A stretch of DNA of 64,000 nt from NCBI GenBank assembly GCA_965197725.1, contig CBDANQ010000057.1, positions 1 through 64,000 on the forward strand, written 5' to 3'. The position numbers were made by a program, and so were the translations under genes. Of this stretch, positions 42,597 to 52,367 are shown piece by piece. Under the pieces are notes generated by a model. That model did no database searches. It was not told the origin of the DNA and worked only from the letters and a program-made list of their open reading frames with translations. This DNA comes from Longimicrobiales bacterium (GTDB lineage Bacteria > Gemmatimonadota > Gemmatimonadetes > Longimicrobiales > Gaopeijiaceae). The stretch's first letter is position 1, and the number at the start of each line of letters is the position of its first letter.

Positions 42597-43183
42597 GCGA
42601 CACTCGCAAGAACACCGCCGATATGCCACCGGGCCGGCTGACCTGGGCTGCCGTGGGGGTTCAGCTGCTCCTGGTCGTGGCGACTTCGACTGTCCTCTTC
42701 TGGGTGAACCAGGAGGTCGTCGTGCCGCGTGGAGCTCGAGCTCACTTCATGGCATCCATGCTGTCGACGCCTGCGGCGGATCCCGTCGATTTCTTGAAGA
42801 AGGCGGACCGGCTCGGCATTCTTCTCCTTCCCGTAGCCGCTGTTGTATGGATCGCCTTCGTCGCGCTGGTAGCGCAGCTCGCCGTCTTGCTGCAAGGGAG
42901 GATTCTGTCCCTGGCAGAGGCGGTTAGGGCTGCCACATGGGCATTCTGGGGGGTCGTCTGTGGAATGGCGGCTCTGGATCTCGACAGCTCGTTCACCGTC
43001 TATCTGCTCGCGGTTCAGTTCAGTATCACCGCAGTGCTGTGGCTGTTGGGCCTTGGCTTGGGACTCGCTTCCGCGGAGGACGTTGATGCACGTGTGGCCC
43101 TGCGGTCCGTCGCCTTCGTCTGGGTGACCGTTCTTTTCGGGACTGTGTCGTTAGCGCTGCTGGGTCGCGTCTTGCTCAGCTGA
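42593..43183 (+). CDS. Membrane protein (Yip1-like topology)
   Basis: About five TM helices; ATGA overlap with the PCAT gene. Confidence 0.6.
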   Translation: MSDTRKNTADMPPGRLTWAAVGVQLLLVVATSTVLFWVNQEVVVPRGARAHFMASMLSTPAADPVDFLKKADRLGILLLPVAAVVWIAFVALVAQLAVLLQGRILSLAEAVRAATWAFWGVVCGMAALDLDSSFTVYLLAVQFSITAVLWLLGLGLGLASAEDVDARVALRSVAFVWVTVLFGTVSLALLGRVLLS

Positions 43184-43378
43184 ACGGACCCGGAGGTTGG
43201 AGCTCTCGTGATGGGAAGTGGATCCGTGTCGCTCGGCTCAGAGCACGCGCCACCAAGGGCGAAACGTCTGCAGGTGGCGTGCAGCAGCCACGCGGGACCC
43301 GGGTGTTGCTTTGACTTCGGAGAGATCAACGGCTTTTAACAATCCGCATCGGCGGTCGCTGGGCACCCATTCTCGGGC

Positions 43379-45508
43379 CTACTCGAACGCTTCCGGTCTC
43401 TTCTTCTTGAGGTCCGGATATGGCGTGCGCACGCTCCAGATCATCCCGAGCGCGACGAGCAGGCCCACCAGGCCCAGCGCAAAGCCCCACCACGGGATCA
43501 CCGTCTCCTCCGTGACCCACCCCATGTGAGCCGGCACGAGCCCGATGGCGTTGTTGGCGCAGTGCCAGAGCATCACCGGGAAGATGGAGCCCGTGAGCAG
43601 GACCACCGCGGCGAAGACCACCCCGAGGTACGCCGTCGGGATCAGCCGAAACAAGGACACGTGGAAGATCCCGAAGATCACCCCCACCACCAGGCAGATC
43701 CCAACGGGGCCGAACATCTTCCGGAGCCCGTGTAGAAGGACGCCGCGGAACGCGAGCTCTTCTAGGATGCCGGGCATGATGGTGAGGAACAGCAGCAGCT
43801 GCCAAAGGGGCATCTGATTGCCCAGCAGAGTGTCGCCGAAAGCGTCGAGCACGTTCTGGGGCACGGGGAATACGTAAGCGTTCACAAGCTCGGCAAGGCC
43901 GATCCCAACGATGTAGCCGGCGGGAGCCCCGATGACTACGGCCAGCCAGACCAGCGGGTGTACCGGCCGCAGAGCGAAGGCGGCGCGCGGCTCGAGCCCA
44001 TAGCGCCGGATCATCAGGAGTGATCCGCCGAAGAAGATGAACACCAGGTTGACCACGACCTGCCCCCGCACACCGAGGCCCTCGCCGAACCACAGGGAGA
44101 TGACCAGGAAGGTCACCCACATCACGCCGAACCAGCGGAGCACGTGCCGCGGGAAGAGCGCGGGCCCTCCCATGAGGTCCGCCTCGTCGAGGTCGGAATG
44201 TGATACGAGTCGCTCGGCGGAGAGCGTGCGTTCGGTGAGCCGCGCGGCCCACCAGGCCGCTCCGCCCGTGGAGCTGAAGGCCAGCAAGAGGACGAGCCAG
44301 TCGTACTCTCCCACCATGATCTCGCGCACGGCCACGCCGATTCCGGCGATGGGCACGAGTGCGATGGCGGAGCGCAGATCCATACTGGGCAGCATACCCG
44401 CTAACGACGGCACCAGGAACACCAGGAAGAGAGGGAAGAAGTAGATCTGGTATTCCTTGTAGGTCTTCGCGTAGCCCGACAGCAAGAGCAGCGTGCTCGA
44501 GATGAGCACCGTGAGCGGAAGGAAGAGGATCAGCAGCAGGACCAAGTCCAGCGTCGACAACGCCACCGCGAAATTCTCCGGAAGGTCCACGACGCCCAGA
44601 ACGACATAGACCAGGAGGTTGAGGATGTTGACGACCGCTACGGAGATCCCAACCGCGACGATGCCCAGCAGCTTGGCGATGACGATGTCCGACCGCGCTG
44701 CCGCAGTGGTGAGCAGCGTCTCCAGCGTACCCCGCTCCTTTTCGCCGCTGATGGCGTCCGCCGCCATGATGGAGCCTCCCGTGAGCATCAGGAGCAGAAG
44801 GAAGGGCGTGAGCGCGAGGCCCAGAAGCGCGCCTCCCTCCTTTTCGGCGCTGGCGGTGTTCTCGGTCTCCACGGTGGCGATCTGCTCCGGTGCCACCGGG
44901 AAGCCCCGGGAGGTATAGACGCTGTCCCTGAGCCGCGAACGCAACTCGATGATGCGGGCGTCGAGCCGAGTGGAGGCGTTCCGGGAGAAGTCGCTCTGGC
45001 CTCGGAAGAGAAGGCGAAGCGTGCGCAGTTCCGGAGCCGCTTCTTCTTCCTCCTCCGTGTCGGCGTTGTCCTCCTCCGCGTCGGCGGTGTCCGCCACGGC
45101 CTCTGCTGCCCGAATACTTTCGTACGCCCCGGGCGACAGAGCTCCGACCACCAGGTGGATCCCCGCTGAGCTAAGCAGTGCGTCAGCATCGCTGACCTGC
45201 CGCTCCTCGAAGCGCACGCGCGCCCGAGAGGTGTCGGGGTCGTTGGCCTCGAGCTCCAATGCCGCCACCACGATCTCTCGACCCCACTCGACCTCATCCC
45301 CGACAAGGGCGTATTCGTAGACGGTCTCAACCAGCCTCCGCTCCTCGGACCGTTCTACCGAGCGCATGACGAAGATGATGAACGGGAAGAGAACGAGCGG
45401 CGCCACCACGACGATGAGGATCATGCGGGTGTCACGCACGAGCCTCTTGATTTCGTAAAGGAAGAGGGTCGCCAGCACCCCCGGGTCGCCGGATCGCTTC
45501 CGGCTCAC
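43379..45508 (-). CDS. NatB-like ABC permease fused to a CPBP (Abi/CAAX) intramembrane protease
   Basis: GEKERGTLETLL; C-terminal EELAFRG, FGIFH, HCANN. Confidence 0.9.
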   Translation of the reverse strand: MSRKRSGDPGVLATLFLYEIKRLVRDTRMILIVVVAPLVLFPFIIFVMRSVERSEERRLVETVYEYALVGDEVEWGREIVVAALELEANDPDTSRARVRFEERQVSDADALLSSAGIHLVVGALSPGAYESIRAAEAVADTADAEEDNADTEEEEEAAPELRTLRLLFRGQSDFSRNASTRLDARIIELRSRLRDSVYTSRGFPVAPEQIATVETENTASAEKEGGALLGLALTPFLLLLMLTGGSIMAADAISGEKERGTLETLLTTAAARSDIVIAKLLGIVAVGISVAVVNILNLLVYVVLGVVDLPENFAVALSTLDLVLLLILFLPLTVLISSTLLLLSGYAKTYKEYQIYFFPLFLVFLVPSLAGMLPSMDLRSAIALVPIAGIGVAVREIMVGEYDWLVLLLAFSSTGGAAWWAARLTERTLSAERLVSHSDLDEADLMGGPALFPRHVLRWFGVMWVTFLVISLWFGEGLGVRGQVVVNLVFIFFGGSLLMIRRYGLEPRAAFALRPVHPLVWLAVVIGAPAGYIVGIGLAELVNAYVFPVPQNVLDAFGDTLLGNQMPLWQLLLFLTIMPGILEELAFRGVLLHGLRKMFGPVGICLVVGVIFGIFHVSLFRLIPTAYLGVVFAAVVLLTGSIFPVMLWHCANNAIGLVPAHMGWVTEETVIPWWGFALGLVGLLVALGMIWSVRTPYPDLKKKRPEAFE

Positions 45509-46350
45509 GGGCCGCTCTCCAACTCCCCCGAGCCGCCGTCGCTTGCTGCCGCATGTCCGCCGCCGTCCTCCACGGCCATGACCTCTTGCCTGCCGCCGTC
45601 CTTCACGGCCATGACCTCTTGCACGAAAATGTCCTCGAGGTAGTGCTGCCCGGTGGCCTGCCTGTGCTCTTCGAGGGTTCCCAGAGCCAGGATTCGGCCC
45701 TGGTGGATAATCGCGATGCGATCACACAGCTTTTCCGCCTCGCTCATGATGTGGGTGGAGAAGATGATGGTCTTGCCCTCGTCCCGGACCTCGCGGATCA
45801 CCCGCTGCATCTCCAGCGCCGCCATCACGTCCAGGCCCACCGTGGGCTCGTCGAAGATGAGGACGGGCGGATCGTGGACGATCGTTCGAGCGATGGAGAC
45901 CTTCTGTTTCATGCCGCTGGACAGCTTCTCCACCCGGGCGTCCGCGTATTCCGCGATCCCGAATCGCTCGATTACCGTCTCGACGCGCCGGGCTACATGG
46001 TCGGTGGGATATCGGTTGATGCGAGCGAAGAACTCCAGCGTCTCGCGGCCGGTCAGGCGCGGATAGAGCGCCGTCGAGGCTGAGTAGAACCCCAGGTTTC
46101 GCCGCACCGCCTCGGGCTCGGCGAGCACGTCGTGGCCGTTGAGGGATGCGCTCCCTCCGGTGGGCTTCAGGATCGTTGCCAACATGCGGAGCGTCGTCGT
46201 CTTCCCGGCGCCGTTCGCGCCCAGGAGACCGAAGACCTCACCGGGCCTGCACTCGAAGTCGATGCCGGCGACGGCGTGGACCTCTCCCCGGGACTCGTCC
46301 CAGAAGCTCTTGTGGAGCGCTTGCACACGAACGCTGGCGCCTTCCGTCAT
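45505..46350 (-). CDS. NatA-like ABC ATPase
   Basis: GANGAGKTT, LSSGMKQKVSIAR, FDEPT, STH. Confidence 0.92.
   Translation of the reverse strand: MTEGASVRVQALHKSFWDESRGEVHAVAGIDFECRPGEVFGLLGANGAGKTTTLRMLATILKPTGGSASLNGHDVLAEPEAVRRNLGFYSASTALYPRLTGRETLEFFARINRYPTDHVARRVETVIERFGIAEYADARVEKLSSGMKQKVSIARTIVHDPPVLIFDEPTVGLDVMAALEMQRVIREVRDEGKTIIFSTHIMSEAEKLCDRIAIIHQGRILALGTLEEHRQATGQHYLEDIFVQEVMAVKDGGRQEVMAVEDGGGHAAASDGGSGELESGP
45559..45622. repeat. 33-bp-period in-frame tandem duplication
   Basis: Encodes QEVMAVKDGGR / QEVMAVEDGGG. Confidence 0.85.
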
Positions 46351-46395
46351 CTCGTGTCCTCGTCCCGTCGATCCAACGCTGATCGAGTGTCCATG

Positions 46396-47705
46396 TCAGT
46401 CGCCTCCTGCCCCGGCTCCGGCCACATTCCTGTACTTCCTTCCCATCAGCCGCTCCTTGGCGAAGCGCCAAAAGCTTCCGTCGAAGGAGCCCATCAGGAG
46501 GTCCTCGAACTGGAGGACCGCCCGGGCGAGAAGCAGGCAAGCCGCCACCATCACCAGGAGCACCGCCAGTGTCTCGGCGATGAGCGGCCAGATGAAGACG
46601 CCATTGATGGCGTCTCGGATCATCCTCGCCGCGTTGGCCACGGGGATGGCGGCGATGGCCGGCGTGAGCGTCTGATCGGTCTGCTGCCCGAGGAGGATTG
46701 GGAGCAGCGCCAGCCAGTACACCGGGGTGACCATGGCCTGACCGTCCTTGAAGGTCCTGGCGAAGGCCGCAAGGATCATCATCGCTGCCGCGAAGAAGAG
46801 GGCCAGCGCGACGGCCGCCACGATCATCACCGGCAGCGCCAGGAGCGGCAGGCTGAACTGGAATGCGTCCGCTCCGGCCCCCGCGTCCGCCAGGAGAGGT
46901 CCCACGATGGCGCCCAGCGACACGAACATTGCGATCACGTTGAGCACGCCCGCCAGGATGCCCAACGTGGCCACGTAGAAGTACTTGGCGGTGACCACGC
47001 TCAACCGCGACGCCGACACCGTCATGAGCGTTTCCCAAGTGGAACGCTCTCGCTCGCCGGCGGTGCTGTCGATGGACGGGATCAGGCAGCCCAAAGCCAC
47101 CATGAGCACCAGGAAGAGCGGAATCAGCATGCCCATGATGAGCGCGCCCATCTGTCGGCCGCTGGAGACGTTGTCCTGAACGATGCGGAACTGCTCCTGG
47201 TCCACATCGGATATGTCGAGCGCCGCGGCCTCCCGCTCCACCCATCGACGCCGGTAGCCGCTCACGATGCTCTCCACACGGTCTCTCGCCCGGCGGCTGC
47301 GCTCCACGGCCCGATCGTATCGGATCAGGAGACCCGGAAGTTGTCGTCCAGGCCTCGAGCCTCGGGCTCCGGCGGCAGGAACTCGACCAGCGCGTCCAAC
47401 TCCCCGACACGGATGAGCTCCGCGGCGGAGTCGGGGCTGATGCCGTCTTCTCGGATCTCGAGGTTCGTCCTCGCCTGCAGCGTGTCCATGACGGCGGGGT
47501 GCGCGGAAGGCGCGTCGAGGATCACGAGGCGTGAGTTCGTGCGCTCCGCGAGGCCCGTCACGAACACGATCCCGGTGAACATCACCCAGAGCATGACCGG
47601 ATAGAGGAAAAGCGGCATGAGGATGCTGTTCACCACGATGGCTCGCTCGCGCAGCGCGGAGCGAAGCTCACGGCGGTATAGGATCCAGATGTCGTGCCAG
47701 TCCAT
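46396..47705 (-). pseudogene. NatB-like ABC permease, frameshift ~47330
   Basis: RRELRSALRE...; second frame AGERERSTWETL, FARTFKDGQ. Confidence 0.82.
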
Positions 47706-47783
47706 GACTAGACCTCCAGCTCCGCATCCCTGGCGACATCCCGTTCAGGATGTGCGGCCCACAGCTTCATCGTCCCCCGTCCT

Positions 47784-49102
47784 TCAGCGTACGCAGCATA
47801 CGAGCCGAAACTCGCTGGGGTCGTTTCCCCGCAGGCCCGCGACCAGGAACAGCAGGCTGTCGGGCCCCACGAACTCCGGGATCGTCAGGCTCCTGGATGT
47901 GCTTTGTGGGATGCGCGTCGTCTCACCGGTGTGCCGGTCCATCACGTATATGGCCGGACGTGCGTCTCCGAGTTCGGTCCGCTGTCCGTCGCGTGAGCCG
48001 AAGGCCAGTAGCGCGCCGTCGTAGCTGAAGTTGGCCTTGGTGGTCTGCATCCCCGAGTCGAAGACCTCGCGACACACGCCGTCCGAGCCGAGCCGAAACA
48101 CTTTCGTCGTGCCGGTCTTCTCGTCCCTGGCCGACATCTCGCGACCGTCCTTCGAGACGATCGGCAGTGAGAGCTGCAGGTCCTGGCACGCGGCGGTCTT
48201 GCTCCCCATGGCTAGGATATCGGTGATGCCGCCCTCGCCGTCGAAGCCGAGCTCGTAGTCCCGGTACTGCGCTCCCTCTCGCCAGGCGGTGAGCACGCGG
48301 TAGCGGATGCGGCTCCCGTCCTCCTCGCGGTCGAGAATGCCTACGGACGGATATTCGTCGCGTAGCGTCTCGTCGACCACCAGCGGCGCGAGGGAGCGAG
48401 CCTGGCTGTGGGCGCCGAGCCGGAAGAGCTCACGCGCGCTGTAGAACTGGAGACCGGAATAGCGGGCCCCCGGCGTGACGAAAAATGCGCCGTCCGGAGA
48501 CGGGACGAAATCCAATCGGCCCGGCGCGCTGAAGCGCTCATTGGACTCCAGGTGCTGGAGATAGACTACCCCCCCCAGATCGAAGGAGATGTAGCGAGTG
48601 CCCGGGGCTCTGCGGAAGAACGCGCCTGGCCTGCTCGCTAGCGGGTACGAGCCGAGCAACTCCACGTCGCGCATCGGCACGTCGCCCACGGCGGATGCGG
48701 TGGGCGCGGCGGGTGTGGTGAGTGCTCTCTCCTCGAGTGTCCCAACTCGGAGGCCGAGCATCGACTCGTAGACCTCGGCGGGCTTGTACCCGACCAAGGC
48801 GTTGCCCACCGGCGCACCGTCGTTCACGAGGACGACCGCGGGGAAGTGGACTGTGGCTCCTGCCTCGACCAGAGCCATGCGAAGGGCGTCGAGCTTGTGC
48901 TCGGCCACCGGCTCGAACAGAGTGCGGGTGGGCAGGATGCTGAGCGGGACGTGTCGCACTCGGCGAGCCGTCCGGCGAGCTCGCGGAGCGAGTCAACCTC
49001 GGGGCCGCCTGACGCACCGGAGGCCATGGCCTCGAGCCCGAGTCCCACGAGCCCAACCGCCGCCAGGACGACCAGGCGCGTCACCACCGAACTGCGCTTC
49101 AT
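47784..49102 (-). CDS. Secreted hypothetical protein with PD40/TolB-like propeller repeats, frameshift ~48960
   Basis: Signal peptide in the 49102 frame; PSPDGAFF, SKDGREM, FSYDGALLAF repeats. Confidence 0.55.
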
Positions 49103-49228
49103 TGGACACCTCCCAGCGTGCAGATCCCACGAGACGATTCTGTCCTACGGCCCTCGTCCCGATCATTCGCTGTCTCGACCCGAGACGAACGTCATCAGCA
49201 TCCCACCGCGATCGGAAGGTTCGGAAAC

Positions 49229-49549
49229 CTATCGATGGGGGAGCGGCCGCACCTCGTCGAGGAGCTCGTGGATCGACACCGCGCGGAAACCCTCTTGAAG
49301 AGGATAGCTGTCACGGCCCGCGTGGACGACACGCACCAGCTCGATGCCAAGCGTGTCCCGGGCGCTCCTCATTGACTTAGTCACCTTGGAATGCGATGCG
49401 TCCGGCCAGAGACTCGGATCCCTGCCGTAGCAGCGACGGTGACGCGCTGCCCAGATGAGGACGCGCGCCGCACGCCCGGGGCGGTCGGCAAGAACCCTCA
49501 ACGAGCGGAAGAGATCCGGACGTCGTCGGATCTCGTCGATGACCAGCAA
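49229..49549 (-). pseudogene. AAA/DUF4143-type ATP-binding protein, internally deleted remnant
   Basis: LVIDEIRRRPDLFRSLRVLADR, SESLAGR in another frame, VVHAGRDSYPL. Confidence 0.7.
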
Positions 49550-49576
49550 GCCAGGCGGACGGACCCCTCTAGCCGG

Positions 49577-51344
49577 CTATCCCTCCAGGCCCAGCTCGGC
49601 GAGAAGCCTCGAAAAGCCCGGATCGGCGCGCAAGCCATCCAGCGACGGCTGCTTGAGCTGCATCGCCAGGCCGCAGGCCCTGCGCTCGACGGCCGCGCCG
49701 AGCGAAACAAGCGCTTCTTCCTGTAGTCCGACTACCGCGAGATACATCGCAGACGTGCCCGGGTTGGTCCCGATCAGCTCCTCGAGCCCATCCGGGAGCG
49801 CTCCTGGACTGCCCGAGCCGGTGTACGCCTCGGCAGCACTCACGAAGGCCGCGAAGGGAGCGAGGTCGGCTCCCGTCAGCTCGGCGAGCCGCTGGAAGGC
49901 GTTACGCGCATCACCGAAGCGGCCGGCCGCCATGAAGAGGAACCCCATGTCCGACCACGTCCGGGGGTCGTCCGGGTCGAGCTGGATGGCCTGCTGCGCC
50001 TCTCGGATCGACTCCTCGACCCGTCCCGAAGCGGCCAGGACCCGCGCCGCGGTTCGCCGCAGGGCCGGAGAGAGAGCGTCGTTCAGCCGGGCGGTCCGGA
50101 TCTCTGCGACGGCCTGTTCGGCCTTGTCCGTGACGATCAGGAGCTCGGCATAGCGCGCGCGCGCCAGCGAGGACGTTGGGTCGGCGCCCAGGGCTCGGCA
50201 GAGCTCGATCGCGGCTTCTTCCCACTCGTATCGTTGATATCTGAAGAACCCCAGCGCCGAGCGTGCCGCGGCCGAAGCGGAGTCCAACCGGAGAGCCGTT
50301 TCGGCGGCTATCAGTCCAGCGGCGATCGTCTCGTCCGGGTTCGTATCTGAGAGCTCGAGCGCCTGCGCGTAGGACTCTGCTAGCCCTGACCAAGCCGGTA
50401 CGTACGCCGAGTCGAAGCCGACAGACATCTGGAAGTTGCCGATCGCGTCGCGGACACCGGCGACGGTGTTACGGTTCAAGTTGAAGCGGCCCCAGAGATA
50501 CTTGTCGTACGCCATCACGTTCGTCGTCGCGATGTCATCGACCGGCATCAACTCTCCCTGAGGCAGGCGCAGCTCCAACGCGCCGATGATCGACGAGGCC
50601 ACCTGGGACTGGACCTCGAAAATGTCATCGACGAGCCGCTCGTATTCGGAGTTCCACAGCGCACCGTCGTCGACCGACATCAGCTCCGCCGTCACCCGAA
50701 CCCGATCCGACTGCTTCTCAACCGTGCCCCGGAGTACCGCCCGTACCCTCAGTTCTCTCGCAACCACGGCGATCTCTGCCGTCTGCTTGTGGACCTGGAA
50801 CGACGACGCCCGCGCCGCGACGTCAAGGCCCCCGATCCGGGAGAGGAGCGAGCGCAGCTCATCCGCGAGGCCGTCGGCAAAGTAATCGTTCTCGGGATCT
50901 GGTCCGACGTTGTCGAAGGGCAGAACCGCAATGGACCGGATAGCCTCCGTGCCTCCGGAACCCCCGTCGGCAGCTCCGGTCGCCTGGGTCAACCACCATC
51001 CCGCGGCAATCACGACAGACGCTCCGATCAGGACGACGATCGACCCTGTGCTGAACCAAGTAACAGGCTGGCCGGTGGGCGACGTATGGGACCGGGTCCG
51101 GACGATTCCCTCCGGGCTGACGTCGAACAGCCAAGAAAGAGCGACCGTGATGGGGAACCCGACGAACGCGGTGATCACGAGGAGGCTCAGCAGCCACTCC
51201 GGGAGCTGCAGCGCGCCGATGACGAGGTCGGCTGCCTCCAACACCGCGTAGGCGACTGCGGCGTAGAGGAGGGCGACGCGAACGACCCGGCGACGCTTCA
51301 GCTCCATAATGAAGGCTTGAAAAGCCGGAAGGCGCTTGGCTCAT
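49577..51344 (-). CDS. Membrane protein with a TolB_N-like domain and TPR repeats
   Basis: ELKRRRVVR...GFP...WLFD, SIAVLPFDN...YFADGLADEL, TPRs, LRADPGF; probable frameshift in a T-run near the start. Confidence 0.85.
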
Positions 51345-51440
51345 GTCTCCCCTGGTCCGACACCTCGAAGGTCTCCGAGAGTCAGTCTCGGTGGTCGTCC
51401 CTGAATTCGCAACGGAACCGGCGAAAGATCCACGCTCTCC

Positions 51441-52367
51441 CTACGTCATCCGGCCGATGAGCTTGCCGGCCTGGTCCATGCTGAGTCCGAGCGGACGGCG
51501 AGCGAGCGGAACACCGTCGGCGTCGGCGATGACCGGTTCGAGCGAATCCAGCGAGGGCCGATCATTCTCATGGAACAGCCCGATGTAGATCTCGTCCCCC
51601 CACAACATCGCCTTCTCGCAGGCCGCCTTCCAATCGCTGGTGTCGTGCCCTTCGTCTTCCAGCTTCTTTATGCGCGGCTTGTAAAACGCGACATCGTTGT
51701 CGTGGTTGAAGGTGACACAGGGGCTGAAGACGTCGATGAGGGAAAAGCCCCGGTGCTGGATGGCGTTCTTGATGATCTCGGTCAGGTGCTTTACATCCGA
51801 GCTGTAGCCACGGGCGACATAAGTCGCACCGTTCATGATCGCGGACGTAAGGGGGTTGATGGGGTACTCGAGGTTCCCGAACGGCGTGCTCTTGGTCTTC
51901 ATGTCGGGGCGGCTGGTGGGCGAGACCTGGCCCGTGGTCAGGCCGTAGACCTGGTTGTTCATCACCAGGTAGGTGAGGTCGAGGTTGCGGCGCGCGGTAT
52001 GCATCAGGTGGTTGCCCCCGATGCCATAGCCGTCGCCGTCGCCGCCGGTGGCGATGACGGTGAGCTCATGGTTCCCGAGCTTGGCTCCAGAGGCCACCGG
52101 GAGAGAGCGCCCGTGCAGCGTGTGCATCCCGTACGCGTTCAGATAACCCGGCAGGTTGGACGAGCAGCCGATGCCGCTGACGCACAGGATCTCGTGCGGC
52201 TTGAGCCCCAGCTCGAAGACAGCACGCTGAAGCGAGTTCAGCACACCGAAGTCTCCGCAACCGGGGCACCAGTCGGGCGTGACTCTGCCCTTGAACTCCT
52301 TGGCCGAGGCCGGGGACTGGGGAAGCTCGAGGCCGATCAGGCCCAAGGTGCTCTCGGCGGTGCTCAT
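51441..52367 (-). CDS. korB: 2-oxoacid:ferredoxin oxidoreductase beta subunit
   Basis: WCPGCGD, SGIGCSS, HGRSLP, GGDGDG, YGLTTGQ, SPCVTFN. Confidence 0.93.
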   Translation of the reverse strand: MSTAESTLGLIGLELPQSPASAKEFKGRVTPDWCPGCGDFGVLNSLQRAVFELGLKPHEILCVSGIGCSSNLPGYLNAYGMHTLHGRSLPVASGAKLGNHELTVIATGGDGDGYGIGGNHLMHTARRNLDLTYLVMNNQVYGLTTGQVSPTSRPDMKTKSTPFGNLEYPINPLTSAIMNGATYVARGYSSDVKHLTEIIKNAIQHRGFSLIDVFSPCVTFNHDNDVAFYKPRIKKLEDEGHDTSDWKAACEKAMLWGDEIYIGLFHENDRPSLDSLEPVIADADGVPLARRPLGLSMDQAGKLIGRMT

